Shown here: in pieces, positions 7,998 to 18,730 of the stretch | Numbering within the stretch: the stretch's first letter is position 1 | Layout of the letters: each line of letters begins with the position of its first letter | Virus record (IMG/VR): IMGVR_UViG_3300048848_000286 | Coordinates: 1-32,579 of that record | Reading direction: 5' to 3' (one strand) | DNA length: 32,579 nucleotides | Source: a virus | Taxonomy: Duplodnaviria; Caudoviricetes | The notes under the pieces: model-generated | Databases searched by the model: none | Told to the model about the DNA's origin: nothing | What the model saw: only the letters and a program-made list of their open reading frames with translations | Program-made: the position numbers and the translations under genes

Positions 7998-10430
7998 TCA
8001 CTTGCCGGCGATGTTGCCGATGGCAGGCGCACGGGTCGGAAGCGGGTCACCTGGGCCCCACCAGAACGATTGCCCGAACTCCTTCTTCATCCGCCGCTCA
8101 TAACGCGAAAAGGTCTGGCGATAGTTCGGGTCGACCATGGCCTGCACGTTGTCGAACAGCAGACGATCGGTCGCGATCTTGGAGAACCAGAGCGAAGAGC
8201 CCGGCGTCCACGCCTTGACGTGCTGGGCGAGCATCTTGCCCGTCATCTCCTTGTTGCCGGACACCGCCTGCATGAAGTCGCCCGCGCCAGAGAAGATCGC
8301 GCCCGGCCCTGGTCCCATGGCATATTCTGTCAGGCCGTCGCCGCCGCGCGTCGTCGAGCTGTAGACGAGATCGCCGAGCATGCCGCCGCCGCCGCCGCGA
8401 ATGAACGCCTGCGTCCAGAACTCTTGCGTCGCCATGTCCTGCGGATCGCGCCCGGCAATGATCGACTGCATTTGCGATGCCACACCGCCGGCAAGCGTCA
8501 TCAGCGTGACGAGCTTGAGCCCGGCCGCCGTCTTGCCCCATGCGCCATCCTGGATCGCGGTACGCATGATGTGCGTCATCATGAAGGTCATCGGAAAGCT
8601 CTTGAACTGCGTCGCCGAGCGGACGATCTCACCCATGAAGGTGCCGCGCTGCAGGCCCGCTGTCATCGCGCCGCGTACCCGGGCGTCCGGCTCGAGGATC
8701 GCGAACCGTCTTTCGTCAAGGATGGCCGACATGAGCCGATCTGCAAGGGCCTGATCCTCGACACCGTTCACGTCGAAGAACTTGGCACCATCGGCCTCGA
8801 TCGGCGGCGTGATGCGCAGCTTGTCCCACTGCTCCGGCGTGAACCCGTAGCGCTTGAGGAAACCAGAGAAGGCAGGATCGAGCCTTTCGAACGCCGTCTC
8901 TGCCTGTCGCGCAATGAAGCCGTTGAACTCCATGCCCCAGGCGCGCTTGAGACCTTCAGTCCACACGTTGATGCCCGTCATGCGCATCGTGGTGTCGGCC
9001 ACACGCCCGGTCAGCCCTTGCCCGACCACCTCGTCAGAGAACCGCTTCGAGCCTATGGCGTGATCCATGACCGACGCGGCAGTAAGGTTGATCTGCCGGG
9101 CAATTGCCTCCGAGCCTTCCCTGTTCGTCGTGAGGTCCTTCACCAGCCGGCCGAGCACGGCAGTGGCCGGGATGCCGTTGACGTTGGCAGCGAGAGCGGC
9201 CGTGAAGCTGTCCCCGGGAAGCGCGGCAATGGTGGCCGACCCGAGGCGGGCGGCTGTCTGGATATTGCGCAAGCCTCCGCCGATGCCCGCGATGAGCTCG
9301 TTCTGCGCCATGCCAAGCTTGCCTGTGGCCGCATCGAACGTGCGCTGCACCGCCGCCGGGCTGTTGAGCGAGATCGACCGACCGAACCGCTTGCCGATCG
9401 TGTTGTTGCGCAGCGTGTCGTCTTTGCTGGCGACTTCGAGCAGGCGCTTGAAATTGTCCTGATAGTTCGGCCCCAGGATCTCGACGCTGGCGATCTCCCG
9501 GCCCATGCCGCCGAAGTGCCCCATCATCGTGTTGTAGAGCCCACCGTCGCCGATGCCGTATTTCTTCATCAGCCGGATATAGGAGTCCGGCGATTGAAAG
9601 CGGAACACGCGGAGCTGATTGGAGAAGCCACCGGCGCCGCCTCCGCCCGAGCCGCCGAGCGTGATGTCGTTGTACGCGTTCCCGATGATGCCGCCCACGG
9701 CCGCCCGCGGCGCGTCGCCCTGTCCCTCGGCATCCATGACACGCACGTTGCCCGCCTCGAACTCGGTCATTAGGTCATTCGTGAACTCGGCCTGCGAGAA
9801 CTTGCGCAGCCGGTTGCTGTCCCAGCTCTGCGGCAGGCGCCAGTCTTCGAGCACCGACAGCGGCTTGCCCGCGCGCTTTACCCGCTCGACGGCATAGGCT
9901 GTGGTGTCGGTCCATCCCTTTGCCGCCGCCTTTGCCGCCTGATCGCCGGTATCCTTGCCGAACAGTTCGCGCACGATATTCCAGATGGATTCGGTGTCTT
10001 GGCTCAGTCCGGCAAAACGCGACGCATACGGCTCCATCGCACCGTTCATCATGCCGAGCAGCCGCTTCGTCACGTTCTCGCTGTGGCCGTCGATGTGGAT
10101 GGCGTTGCCCATGGCTTCGCCGCCTTCGAGGTTGTCGCGCACGAGCATGCTCTGCAGGCCGACCGTCAGCCCGTTCGGGTGCTGCTGCATCCGGTTGAGC
10201 GCGGTCGAATAGGCGATGGCCTGCTTCGATGCCATGAGCTTGCGGCGTTCGGCCGTCTCCTTCATGACACGGGCAGCTTCGAGCGCGCCGGCAGCCTCGG
10301 CAGACGCCGGGCCCATGGCCGGATAGAGCCGCCCCTGAATGCCCTCATGCAGGGCAAGGGCATCATCGGCCTGCTTCTGGGAAATGCGCTTCGCCTGGAC
10401 AAGGCGCGTCAGGCAGTTGGCAATGCTCAT
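7998..10430 (-). CDS. Large internal virion (ejection) protein
   Basis: 810-aa Ala/Gly-rich helical protein with C-terminal hydrophobic segments; last of four coupled genes between tail tubular B and the fibres. Confidence 0.75.
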   Translation of the reverse strand: MSIANCLTRLVQAKRISQKQADDALALHEGIQGRLYPAMGPASAEAAGALEAARVMKETAERRKLMASKQAIAYSTALNRMQQHPNGLTVGLQSMLVRDNLEGGEAMGNAIHIDGHSENVTKRLLGMMNGAMEPYASRFAGLSQDTESIWNIVRELFGKDTGDQAAKAAAKGWTDTTAYAVERVKRAGKPLSVLEDWRLPQSWDSNRLRKFSQAEFTNDLMTEFEAGNVRVMDAEGQGDAPRAAVGGIIGNAYNDITLGGSGGGGAGGFSNQLRVFRFQSPDSYIRLMKKYGIGDGGLYNTMMGHFGGMGREIASVEILGPNYQDNFKRLLEVASKDDTLRNNTIGKRFGRSISLNSPAAVQRTFDAATGKLGMAQNELIAGIGGGLRNIQTAARLGSATIAALPGDSFTAALAANVNGIPATAVLGRLVKDLTTNREGSEAIARQINLTAASVMDHAIGSKRFSDEVVGQGLTGRVADTTMRMTGINVWTEGLKRAWGMEFNGFIARQAETAFERLDPAFSGFLKRYGFTPEQWDKLRITPPIEADGAKFFDVNGVEDQALADRLMSAILDERRFAILEPDARVRGAMTAGLQRGTFMGEIVRSATQFKSFPMTFMMTHIMRTAIQDGAWGKTAAGLKLVTLMTLAGGVASQMQSIIAGRDPQDMATQEFWTQAFIRGGGGGMLGDLVYSSTTRGGDGLTEYAMGPGPGAIFSGAGDFMQAVSGNKEMTGKMLAQHVKAWTPGSSLWFSKIATDRLLFDNVQAMVDPNYRQTFSRYERRMKKEFGQSFWWGPGDPLPTRAPAIGNIAGK

Positions 10431-12778
10431 TCTGCAGCGCTCCCGATGGTGCAGGCCTCGATCTCGCCAGCGGCGGCGATCTCCTCGTCGGCTTCGTTCA
10501 TGATTTCCTCGAGCGTGCGCTCGCCCCGGCCGTCGCCGATGTCGATCCGGATAGGTTCGGCCTTGCCGGCAACCACCTGCTCCTCATTGTCTGCCACGAG
10601 TCGCAGACCATCCATGATCGAAGCCTCGACCGTTTCGGGCGCCTCTGCAAGCTTGTCGATCGCGGAAGGCGTCAACCGCTCCTCTGCCACCTGCATGAGA
10701 TCCTGCCGGCCGACGCGATCAAGCGAGGACTTCAGGATATCGGAAGCGCCCAGAGCATCGCCGAATAGGCGCGGGCCGGAGTCGTTCTTCATGGCCTCAG
10801 ACGCATAGTCGCGCAGGAACGCCGCCATTTTCGCGCGCCCGACAGGCCGCTTCATGTCGGCGTCGCTGAACAGGGACCGGGCTACGATCTTCGCCAACTC
10901 GTCAGGGCCGCCGAACATTTCAGCTTGATGGACTAGCTCGCCGACCGGCCGCCCCTCGTCGCGGGCGCGCATGACCATCTTCACCGCGTTCAACAGATCG
11001 TCGGTGATGTCCATTCCGGCGGGGATCTCGCCCCGGGCCACTGCATCACGCATCATCGACCAGGGCGCCGAGCTGTCTGCCAGCGCGCCCGCAATGGTCT
11101 TGATGTTGTTGTCGGTGTCCTCAAGCGCGCGGCCGAGCAGGACTGGCTCACCATAGGCGCGGCCCATCAGCGCCGCCGTTATCCGCCGCTCGCCCTCCTG
11201 CGACAGGAATCCATCCTTGTCGATAAGCGAGCCCTGCTCAGCGCGGGGAAGCTTCGCCATGAATCCGCGTGCGAATGCCTGATTGCCGCTGGCCTTGACG
11301 TCGGCACCATCCAGCCGGCCGAGAAGATCGGGATCAAGCAACCGGGCATCGGCAAGCGCCTGCTCGGAAGCCCCGAGGCGCATGGCGGTGGAGCGGTTGG
11401 CCGCATTAACGAACCCGACGCGAGCCTCCGGGTCGAGGTCCGTCACGCGCCGGGCGATCAGAACGGGGTTGCGCATGGCGTCGACGTCGAAGTTCTGGGC
11501 CTTGAGAAAGCTGCGATAGTTGGATGCCGGCACATCATTCTGCTGATAGGCACGACGCAGCGCCATGACGCGCCCGTTGCCGGATTCGACAAGACCATCG
11601 GATCCGACGATCGGAGCTCCGGACTCTGCCTGGGCAGAGAAGCCAAGGCGTTCAGGCTGCAGGTTCGCCGCGATGCCTGCAATCTGGTCCTGCGAAAGCG
11701 CCCGGCTGCGGTCGCGCGGCTGAAGCTCGGGAGGGAAAGCCGGATTCACACCGAGATCGTCGAGGTGAGACGTCACCAGATCGTCGGCCTCGACCACCTC
11801 GTAGCGCACGCCGATGTCGTTGCCGTCTGCGTCATAGACACGGCCCGGGCGGGTGTTCGCCTGCGTGAAGGCTTCCGGCGGGAGCTCAACAGGCCGACCG
11901 CGGTGGATATCGTCGGCCGCCTTCATCACCGCCGCACGGTGCGCGCTGTCCCCGGCAACCGTCTTCTCGAACCGAGACGTCGGGATCGTCGCTTCGCGTG
12001 TCAGGACTGCGCCTGTATCGCGTACATGAGACGGCCACGAACCTGTCTTTGCCCGGCTCCATGCTGCTGCAAGCCCCTTGAGGCCTCCACCAAGCACCGC
12101 GCCGCCCACGCCGGCCGCGCCAACCTCATAGAGGGCATCGGACATGCCGAAAGACGGGTCGGCCTTCTGCTTGTCACCCAGCGTCAACGCCTGGATCGCG
12201 CTTTCAGATGCGAGGTTTACGCCGCCCTCGATCATCGCCGTGCGGAGAATGCCGCTTGCCAAGCCCCCCGACACAGCACCGACCACGGTTGCTGCAATGT
12301 TCACCGGGTCCGTCATGGCGGCGGCCGCCGTGCCGAGAAAGCCACCGACGCCGGAGCGCATGCTGTTCGACCGAGCCTGCAGGCTGTTGCCCTCATTCCG
12401 GGCGCCACCCATGCGCCGTAGAGCTTCAGCCTCCATGGTCTCGGGCGTCGGGAATGCCAGATCCGCCGAGGGGTTCCGGCCTTTCCACTGCTCGAACCAC
12501 TGCTGTGCCTTCTGGTCACCTTGCCGGATCAGCGTCGCGCCGCCACCGCCCACCCACTGACGGGCTTCGAGGTCGCCCTTCTCATAAAGCTGCTGGATGA
12601 ACTCGCCCTGCACATCGCTTGTGTGCCGCGACATGGCATCGGAGTTGGAGAAGTCGCGCATTGCGGAATAGTCGGATTCGAAGCGGCCGAGAAAGCCCGG
12701 ATCTGCCCCCTGAAACGGAGACTTCGCCGCGAGCTGCAGAGCGCCGGCCATGTCCTTTTCCTGAACGATCATCGGCAT
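10427..12778 (-). CDS. Internal virion protein carrying a DdrB-like ParB domain
   Basis: RYEVVEADDLVTSH...NPAFPPELQPRDRSR...GAPIVGSDGLVESGNGRVMALRRAY resembles the ddrB-ParB family; Gly-rich hydrophobic N-terminal region. Confidence 0.78.
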   Translation of the reverse strand: MPMIVQEKDMAGALQLAAKSPFQGADPGFLGRFESDYSAMRDFSNSDAMSRHTSDVQGEFIQQLYEKGDLEARQWVGGGGATLIRQGDQKAQQWFEQWKGRNPSADLAFPTPETMEAEALRRMGGARNEGNSLQARSNSMRSGVGGFLGTAAAAMTDPVNIAATVVGAVSGGLASGILRTAMIEGGVNLASESAIQALTLGDKQKADPSFGMSDALYEVGAAGVGGAVLGGGLKGLAAAWSRAKTGSWPSHVRDTGAVLTREATIPTSRFEKTVAGDSAHRAAVMKAADDIHRGRPVELPPEAFTQANTRPGRVYDADGNDIGVRYEVVEADDLVTSHLDDLGVNPAFPPELQPRDRSRALSQDQIAGIAANLQPERLGFSAQAESGAPIVGSDGLVESGNGRVMALRRAYQQNDVPASNYRSFLKAQNFDVDAMRNPVLIARRVTDLDPEARVGFVNAANRSTAMRLGASEQALADARLLDPDLLGRLDGADVKASGNQAFARGFMAKLPRAEQGSLIDKDGFLSQEGERRITAALMGRAYGEPVLLGRALEDTDNNIKTIAGALADSSAPWSMMRDAVARGEIPAGMDITDDLLNAVKMVMRARDEGRPVGELVHQAEMFGGPDELAKIVARSLFSDADMKRPVGRAKMAAFLRDYASEAMKNDSGPRLFGDALGASDILKSSLDRVGRQDLMQVAEERLTPSAIDKLAEAPETVEASIMDGLRLVADNEEQVVAGKAEPIRIDIGDGRGERTLEEIMNEADEEIAAAGEIEACTIGSAAE

Positions 12779-15627
12779 CAGCGGCCCCTCAAGTCGAGAA
12801 CGAACACGGATGGCTGCCCGTAGCTGCCGGGCGATGGGCGCCGGAGCGCGTAGCTCGGGCTTTCCGCACTGCCAAACTCAAGCAGGTACCGGCCATCGGC
12901 GACAGCACGCAAACGGCCCTGATCGCGGAAGTCGTCAGCCCGCACCGATGTGCCGGCTGAGGTCATGGCGGCGCTGATGTCCTGGTCAGAGATCGCCTCG
13001 ACCGTCTTGTCGAAGTCGTCCTGTGACATGCCGTATCGCGGCGCCACGATCTGGCTGCCGTTGAACTCCAAGATGCCGCCGGTGATCTCCTTGACGGACT
13101 GCTCCATGCGATCAGCGTTCAACTCGCCGCTCGTGTCGCCAGCCTGGGCCGACAGGTCAGCGTAGCGCGCGGTAGCAGCATCGAGCAGGCCCTGCCGCGC
13201 ACCTTCCAGCGTTGGGGCAAAGACGGACGGCGGAAGGATGTCGTTGATGGCAACCGTGTTGTCGTCGTTCCGCTTCGGGGCGAGCAGCGGGTTTTCCTTG
13301 AGGAGCTGCTGCCCGCGCAGCACGCCCTCGGCCGCTTCTGGATTGTTCGGCACCAGCGCGCCGGCAGCGGCCGCCGCTCGGGACTGGCCGGACGAATAGA
13401 GCGCAGCCATCGTGGCGCTGTAGGTGTCGGGGCTGAGGTTCGCAGCCATTGAGCCGAGAAGCTGCACAGCTTCCTGCGGTGGCGCCGAGGTGAGCACGCG
13501 AGAGACCTGGGCCTGCATCTCCGGGCGCAGCGCCGAGATCGTTCCTACCTGACCGCGCGCCTTCATCACATCCGCGCCGTTCTGCAGCGCGGAGAATGTG
13601 CCGGCCCATGTGTCCGGCTGGCTGAGATCGAGCGGCGGGGGTGCGGAAATCATGCCCTGCCGCACACCGAACCCGATCGGGTCATCCTTCAGCGCCTGGG
13701 TGCGGGCCTTCTCCTGCGCCTCGATGCCGCTGATGATCTGGGCTTGCGCCGCTGTGGCGCCATCGGCCGCGTCCGCGCGAAGCGACGAGACCAAGCTTTC
13801 GACCTGTGCAGGCTGCATGCCTGCGGTCTGGGCAATGCCAGACTGCGCAGTGAAATAGTCCGCCACTTCCCGCCGGAGATCCTGATCATCGACAACGGCG
13901 AGCTGCCGGGACAACAGGTTGATGTCGGCGACAGCCGGCGTCAGGTTCTTGTCATAGCCGGCCTTGATGTCGGTGAAGAGCTGCTTGGCGTCAGAGGTGA
14001 CTTCGGAACGGTACTCTTTGATGAGCTCCGGATTGATGGATTGGCTGGACGCGCCGCCCATCTTCTTGTCGGCCCACGCACGCAGATCAGAGGCGGTCTT
14101 GCCGGCGAGGAACTTGTTCGCGTTCACGGCGTCCTGCCCGACGATGCTGGCGACAGAGGCGTTCGGGTCAGCCTTCAAGATCTGCGCTGCCCCGCGCGGC
14201 CCAAGGAAATGCGCCAGATACACATTGCCGTCAGTTGCGGCTACTCCCTGGTTCCTGAGAAACGAGGCGTTCTCCTCGGCATATTTGCCGGTCATCTCGC
14301 GAGAAAGCGCGCCGTCCTTCTTTAGTGCAATCAGCTCGGACGACGACTTTCCGGCGGCAACATCAGGCCGGTACTTCTTGACCATGTTGAGCCATGTGGA
14401 GTCGATGAACTGCCCGGCGCCTCCGGCGGATGAGTTGGGATTCTGCGCAGCGTCATTGCCGCCGCTCTCAACACCGACGATCTTGCCGACGATACCCGTC
14501 CCGGCGTTCGCACCCTTGATGGCACCTTCTGCCATCCCGACTTGAGCGGCGTTGTCCGAAGACTTGAAGCCCTGCAGCGTGCGCGCCATCGCTCGAGCGG
14601 AATAGAGCTCCATGGCGCCGGACATGTCACCGCCGGCGGCAAGCTGGCGTGCCGTCGTGTCGATGTCGTCGAGGTCGAGGCCGACCCCTTCCTTGAGCCG
14701 CTTCTGAATGACCGTCGACTGGTCCTGCACCGGCTTGAGGTTGGCCTTCGTCTGCGCCACGAATCCATTGATCCGCTCTCCGGCAAGCCCGGCATACTGC
14801 CGGCGCTCGGCTGGCGATAGGGCGAGACTCGTGTCGGTCGACATGCGCTCTGCGATCTTGCGCGCCTCGGCAATGCCGCCGGTCTGCAGCGCGCGGTCAA
14901 CGGTACCGAGCATGGCCTCGGACATGTGCCGGGACTCCATGCGCTTTACCGCAATATCCGCTTCCTGCTTGCCGACTGTGAAATCTGGGTTTTCGGCCAG
15001 CTGGCCATAGAGCGTGCGGGCCTGGGCCTGCTTCTCCTTGTATGCGCTCGTGCCGGTACCGCCGCCGCGCGCCAGCGCCGACATGTCATCGTCGAGAAGC
15101 TGGATTTCCGCTTTGACGTTGCCCTCGAACTCCTTGAGGTCCGTCGTCCGCTTCTGCTCGGAGACGCCCATGGCGAAGCGCGGCCCCTCGGTATCAAGCA
15201 TGGTGGTCACGGCGCCGCGGAAGTCTTTCGGTACCGACGTCAGGGTCTGGTCTCGAAATGCTTTCCAGCTCGCATTGAAGGACTCGATGTTGCCCTTGGA
15301 TTCCGTCGTCAGCGCCGTGCCCCGTGCCCGGATATCACCCGCCAGCCGGGCAGCGTATCCCTGCTGGGCCGCTGCATTATACGAGCGCCCGGCGGCCGAG
15401 AAGTTCGAGCGGGTGTCGACCTTTAGGTTCCCGGCATCGTCACGATAGACCGCGTTCTGCCCGTCGTTCTGGGCTTCGGTGACCTCCTGCTTCTCAAACG
15501 CCTGTCCCGTCATCGACAGGGCATTCGCGATCTGCTGATACGGGTTCGCGATTTCGGCCGAAGATACGGACGACTGCGGGCCCCGCGTGACGGCGCCGCG
15601 CTGCTGGATCTCGGGAAGTTTCGCCAT
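12778..15627 (-). CDS. Internal virion protein with a lytic transglycosylase / lysozyme-like domain (about 14055-14495)
   Basis: IVGVESGGN...NPNSSAGGAGQFIDSTW...YLAHFLGPRGA motif set within a 949-aa helical protein. Confidence 0.82.
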   Translation of the reverse strand: MAKLPEIQQRGAVTRGPQSSVSSAEIANPYQQIANALSMTGQAFEKQEVTEAQNDGQNAVYRDDAGNLKVDTRSNFSAAGRSYNAAAQQGYAARLAGDIRARGTALTTESKGNIESFNASWKAFRDQTLTSVPKDFRGAVTTMLDTEGPRFAMGVSEQKRTTDLKEFEGNVKAEIQLLDDDMSALARGGGTGTSAYKEKQAQARTLYGQLAENPDFTVGKQEADIAVKRMESRHMSEAMLGTVDRALQTGGIAEARKIAERMSTDTSLALSPAERRQYAGLAGERINGFVAQTKANLKPVQDQSTVIQKRLKEGVGLDLDDIDTTARQLAAGGDMSGAMELYSARAMARTLQGFKSSDNAAQVGMAEGAIKGANAGTGIVGKIVGVESGGNDAAQNPNSSAGGAGQFIDSTWLNMVKKYRPDVAAGKSSSELIALKKDGALSREMTGKYAEENASFLRNQGVAATDGNVYLAHFLGPRGAAQILKADPNASVASIVGQDAVNANKFLAGKTASDLRAWADKKMGGASSQSINPELIKEYRSEVTSDAKQLFTDIKAGYDKNLTPAVADINLLSRQLAVVDDQDLRREVADYFTAQSGIAQTAGMQPAQVESLVSSLRADAADGATAAQAQIISGIEAQEKARTQALKDDPIGFGVRQGMISAPPPLDLSQPDTWAGTFSALQNGADVMKARGQVGTISALRPEMQAQVSRVLTSAPPQEAVQLLGSMAANLSPDTYSATMAALYSSGQSRAAAAAGALVPNNPEAAEGVLRGQQLLKENPLLAPKRNDDNTVAINDILPPSVFAPTLEGARQGLLDAATARYADLSAQAGDTSGELNADRMEQSVKEITGGILEFNGSQIVAPRYGMSQDDFDKTVEAISDQDISAAMTSAGTSVRADDFRDQGRLRAVADGRYLLEFGSAESPSYALRRPSPGSYGQPSVFVLDLRGR

Positions 15628-15629
15628 GG

Positions 15630-16031
15630 TCAGGATCCGAAGAACTGAGGAAGGGAGGATGCGACGCCGCCGATCAGCGCCGTGCGGGCGGCCGACTTCC
15701 GGAACCGAGCGTCGGCTTCATCTTGGGTGGCCTGCATGCGCTTCGAGCCGACCTCGATCTTGCGGTCGCGGTCGCTGCGCTTCTGCTGCTCGGCTTCATA
15801 AGCGACACCGGTGGGCGAGACCGCCTCGACGCCGGCAGAGGCACGGATCGCGCGAATGTTCGAGATCGTGCTGTTCAACTCGTCGCGATAGCTGGCGTCA
15901 ACCTGATCGGCCTGGATCTTGCCGACCTCGGCCGCCTGCTTGGATTGCGCGGCTGCGTGCTGTCCGGCCTGGAACTGTCCGTACGCGCTGACAAGCGACC
16001 CGATCCCCGTAAATGCTGCTGCGACACCCAT
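15630..16031 (-). CDS. Small internal virion protein (gp14-like)
   Basis: Hydrophobic Gly/Ala N-terminus (IGSLVSAYGQFQAG), Q/A-rich helix, RASAGV motif; follows tail tubular B. Confidence 0.7.
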   Translation of the reverse strand: MGVAAAFTGIGSLVSAYGQFQAGQHAAAQSKQAAEVGKIQADQVDASYRDELNSTISNIRAIRASAGVEAVSPTGVAYEAEQQKRSDRDRKIEVGSKRMQATQDEADARFRKSAARTALIGGVASSLPQFFGS

Positions 16032-18142
16032 TAGACTGTAATCCTCGTGGTGAGCTCGATGAGCTTGAAAGCGCAGGGGAAGGTGGATGCGATCGGCACG
16101 ACAGGGTCATAGGATCGCCCGGTCTCGCGATACCGATATGTGTCATCGCGCTTGGGCACCGGCTGGCTCATGTCCTCGCCGCCGCGATAGCTGCCGAAGA
16201 TCCGGTTCCCGACCTGGAACTCCTGCGTCTCGCGAACGGTGATCATCATCTTCTCAATCTTGCGCTTCTGCTCGCCCTGGCCCGATGCCTGCCCGCCCTC
16301 GAAATTGGAGAACAGCGGCGATAGGGACCAAGGAAAATCGAACCCGATCGTGATGGACGGATAATCCGAGAAGCCGGAGATCAAGCCCGATCCGCCGACC
16401 TGCGCCTTGCCGAGATAGAAGCCGCCGCCGAACACATCGACCTCGCGGCCGTAGTAGAGGTCTGGCGTGATCGTGCCGCTCATCGTTGTGGCGCCATCAC
16501 ACAGGAGGCTGTAATCGAGCTCTTCCGCAATGCCGAACTCAGCCCCGTTGAAGACGTAGACCGACATGAAAACGACGGTGCCATATGCGCCGGCTACGCT
16601 GCGAACGGCGCTATCGCCCTCCCAGCGGAACCACCCGACATACTCGCGATCGGGATTGAACTGCCCGGCGACCACCGATCCGTCGCCATTCACCGCGAAT
16701 ATCTGACGCGACGGGAATTCGCTCGTGGCCGAGATGACGGCCAGCGACTTGACGTTCTCGAAGAGGTGCCGGTTCAGCCGGTTGATCTCGTTGGCGATGT
16801 AGGGGCGCGCTGTCTGGCCGGTCGCGCTGATCGCATAAAGCCCGGTCGCGGACTTATCGAGGAAGATCAGCCCCTCGGTGACCTCGACGGGGCGGATAGA
16901 AGAGATCTCGCTCGTGAAGACCGGGCGGAACTCGACACTGCCCGGCTGCAGCGGAGTACCGACAGACACCGGAATGTAGAAGATGCCGCGATCAGTGACC
17001 GCGAACTCGTCGTAGCCGCCGACGACGTGGAAAACCTGACACTCCGCGCTGATGGATTCGACCATGGCGTTGTCCGGATCGCCGCCGATGAGCCCGTCGC
17101 GGTTGCTGCCGGCTGCCAGCCAGAAAATAGCGTTTTTCTTCTGGCCGAAGTTCGTCATGATCAGGCGCTGACGGTCTTTCGAGACAGACGCCGGCCAACC
17201 GCGGGCGTTCGAGACGAATTGCTCCTCCCACTGCAGGGTGGCGCCGATCGAAGTAGAGCTTGCGATCTCCTGAATCTTCGTGACAGCCGTAGGGCCGACA
17301 AGCTTCTCGTTCTCGATAGGAGCGGTCAGCGTGCCGAGCAATGTCACAGCAATGCTGTTGGGCGCCAAGAGGTCTACGCTGACCACCTCGCCCTTCACAT
17401 TGGTCTGGTCCGTCTCGACGATCTGGCCAACCGCGAACCCGGCGGAGCTTTCCACGGTGAAGCGGTACGTTTTCGGCAGCTCTTCCAAGACTTGGGCGCG
17501 CATTGTCGTGCCGTTCGTCACAGTGGTGCATCGAAGCTGCCGCTGTGAATATCGAAAGACAGTGCCCGCATGGCCGGCGGTCAAGAACGACTGCGAGAAG
17601 ACGACATCGATGTTTCCGACGAGTGCGCTGGGCCGCATCGTGACGCCGATCGTATCCTCGAAACGGTAGAACGGCACACGGAACGTCCCATCAAGCCCCT
17701 GATCGAAGGCGTAATCGAAGATCGACCAAGTGCGGGTTCCCTTTGAGACTTTCAGTACCTTGGTTCTGCCGCCCCAGGCGACGAACATCTCGTTCTCCAT
17801 GGGCTCGAACACGAGGCTGTCGAGGTCGTTGGCACCCCAAGGCGCGGACAGCGAAGCAAGCAGAGTGCCGCCCACCGAGCGCACCCGCACGCCGCCGGCG
17901 GTGAACACCACCTTGTATGTGACGTCGTTGAACGGCTTGAAGTCTGCGACGATGCCGGTATCGCGGAACAGCAGGCGACGGCCAGGCCGCCGGGTCAGTG
18001 CGCCGGTATGGGTCGAGACCAGATTGCGCGCGCGACGCACCGCCGACTTCAGAATTTCAATGTCATCCCGGCGGATCGCATCGGGCTCGACTTCGCCGGC
18101 CGAGAAATCCCGCTGACGGATGATCAGGTCTTGGATGCTCAT
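16031..18142 (-). CDS. Tail tubular protein B (nozzle)
   Basis: QRDFSAGEV...NLVSTHTGALTRRPG N-terminus and RGWPASV..DRQRL motif; 703 aa, beta-rich. Confidence 0.82.
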   Translation of the reverse strand: MSIQDLIIRQRDFSAGEVEPDAIRRDDIEILKSAVRRARNLVSTHTGALTRRPGRRLLFRDTGIVADFKPFNDVTYKVVFTAGGVRVRSVGGTLLASLSAPWGANDLDSLVFEPMENEMFVAWGGRTKVLKVSKGTRTWSIFDYAFDQGLDGTFRVPFYRFEDTIGVTMRPSALVGNIDVVFSQSFLTAGHAGTVFRYSQRQLRCTTVTNGTTMRAQVLEELPKTYRFTVESSAGFAVGQIVETDQTNVKGEVVSVDLLAPNSIAVTLLGTLTAPIENEKLVGPTAVTKIQEIASSTSIGATLQWEEQFVSNARGWPASVSKDRQRLIMTNFGQKKNAIFWLAAGSNRDGLIGGDPDNAMVESISAECQVFHVVGGYDEFAVTDRGIFYIPVSVGTPLQPGSVEFRPVFTSEISSIRPVEVTEGLIFLDKSATGLYAISATGQTARPYIANEINRLNRHLFENVKSLAVISATSEFPSRQIFAVNGDGSVVAGQFNPDREYVGWFRWEGDSAVRSVAGAYGTVVFMSVYVFNGAEFGIAEELDYSLLCDGATTMSGTITPDLYYGREVDVFGGGFYLGKAQVGGSGLISGFSDYPSITIGFDFPWSLSPLFSNFEGGQASGQGEQKRKIEKMMITVRETQEFQVGNRIFGSYRGGEDMSQPVPKRDDTYRYRETGRSYDPVVPIASTFPCAFKLIELTTRITV

Positions 18143-18723
18143 ACCCGGCGTCTCCCGCGGGCAGCAGCAATCTTCGACTTGTAGATGTTCCGGGCCGGGT
18201 TCTGCTGGTCATTCAGTGGCCGAGCCTCTTCGAGCAACCCCTCGGCTCTCTGTTCCCGGCGAGCGGCCTCGCTGAAATCCTCGTTCAGACCGCGCAGGCA
18301 TCCGGCCTCGACATAGATGGTCAGGATCTCCTCGGCGAGGGGGTGCCAACGCTCTTCCGGCGCCTCCTTGACCGACATGGCATAGACGTCTGAGTCGTAA
18401 TTGCACGACAGGACATTGCCGATGATCTCGTAGTCGGTCAGGGGCGTAGTGCCCCGATAGACCTCCTTTACATGCAGCGTGTTCGGCGCGAGGCGGAAGG
18501 CATTGCGGGAAAACCGCCGCGACTTGTTCTCAGCATCCGGGATCCGCTCAAGCAAATCGCTCGTGGTGGCGAACGGCCATGTGTGCCGCGCGGTCAGGAA
18601 GCGCACGGCGCGATCGAAAGCCCCGTTCGAGACGAGATATTCGTCGGTGCCATCGTTGAGCACGTTCAGCGTGTTGTTGCCGGTCGCGCGGAGGGCGTTA
18701 TTGAGGATCGTCAATTTGTCCAT
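18139..18723 (-). CDS. Tail tubular protein A (head-tail adaptor)
   Basis: MDKLTILNNALRATG...RHTWPFAT motif; start reassigned to the ATG at 18723. Confidence 0.82.
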   Translation of the reverse strand: MDKLTILNNALRATGNNTLNVLNDGTDEYLVSNGAFDRAVRFLTARHTWPFATTSDLLERIPDAENKSRRFSRNAFRLAPNTLHVKEVYRGTTPLTDYEIIGNVLSCNYDSDVYAMSVKEAPEERWHPLAEEILTIYVEAGCLRGLNEDFSEAARREQRAEGLLEEARPLNDQQNPARNIYKSKIAAARGRRRV

Positions 18724-18730
18724 GACGGCG

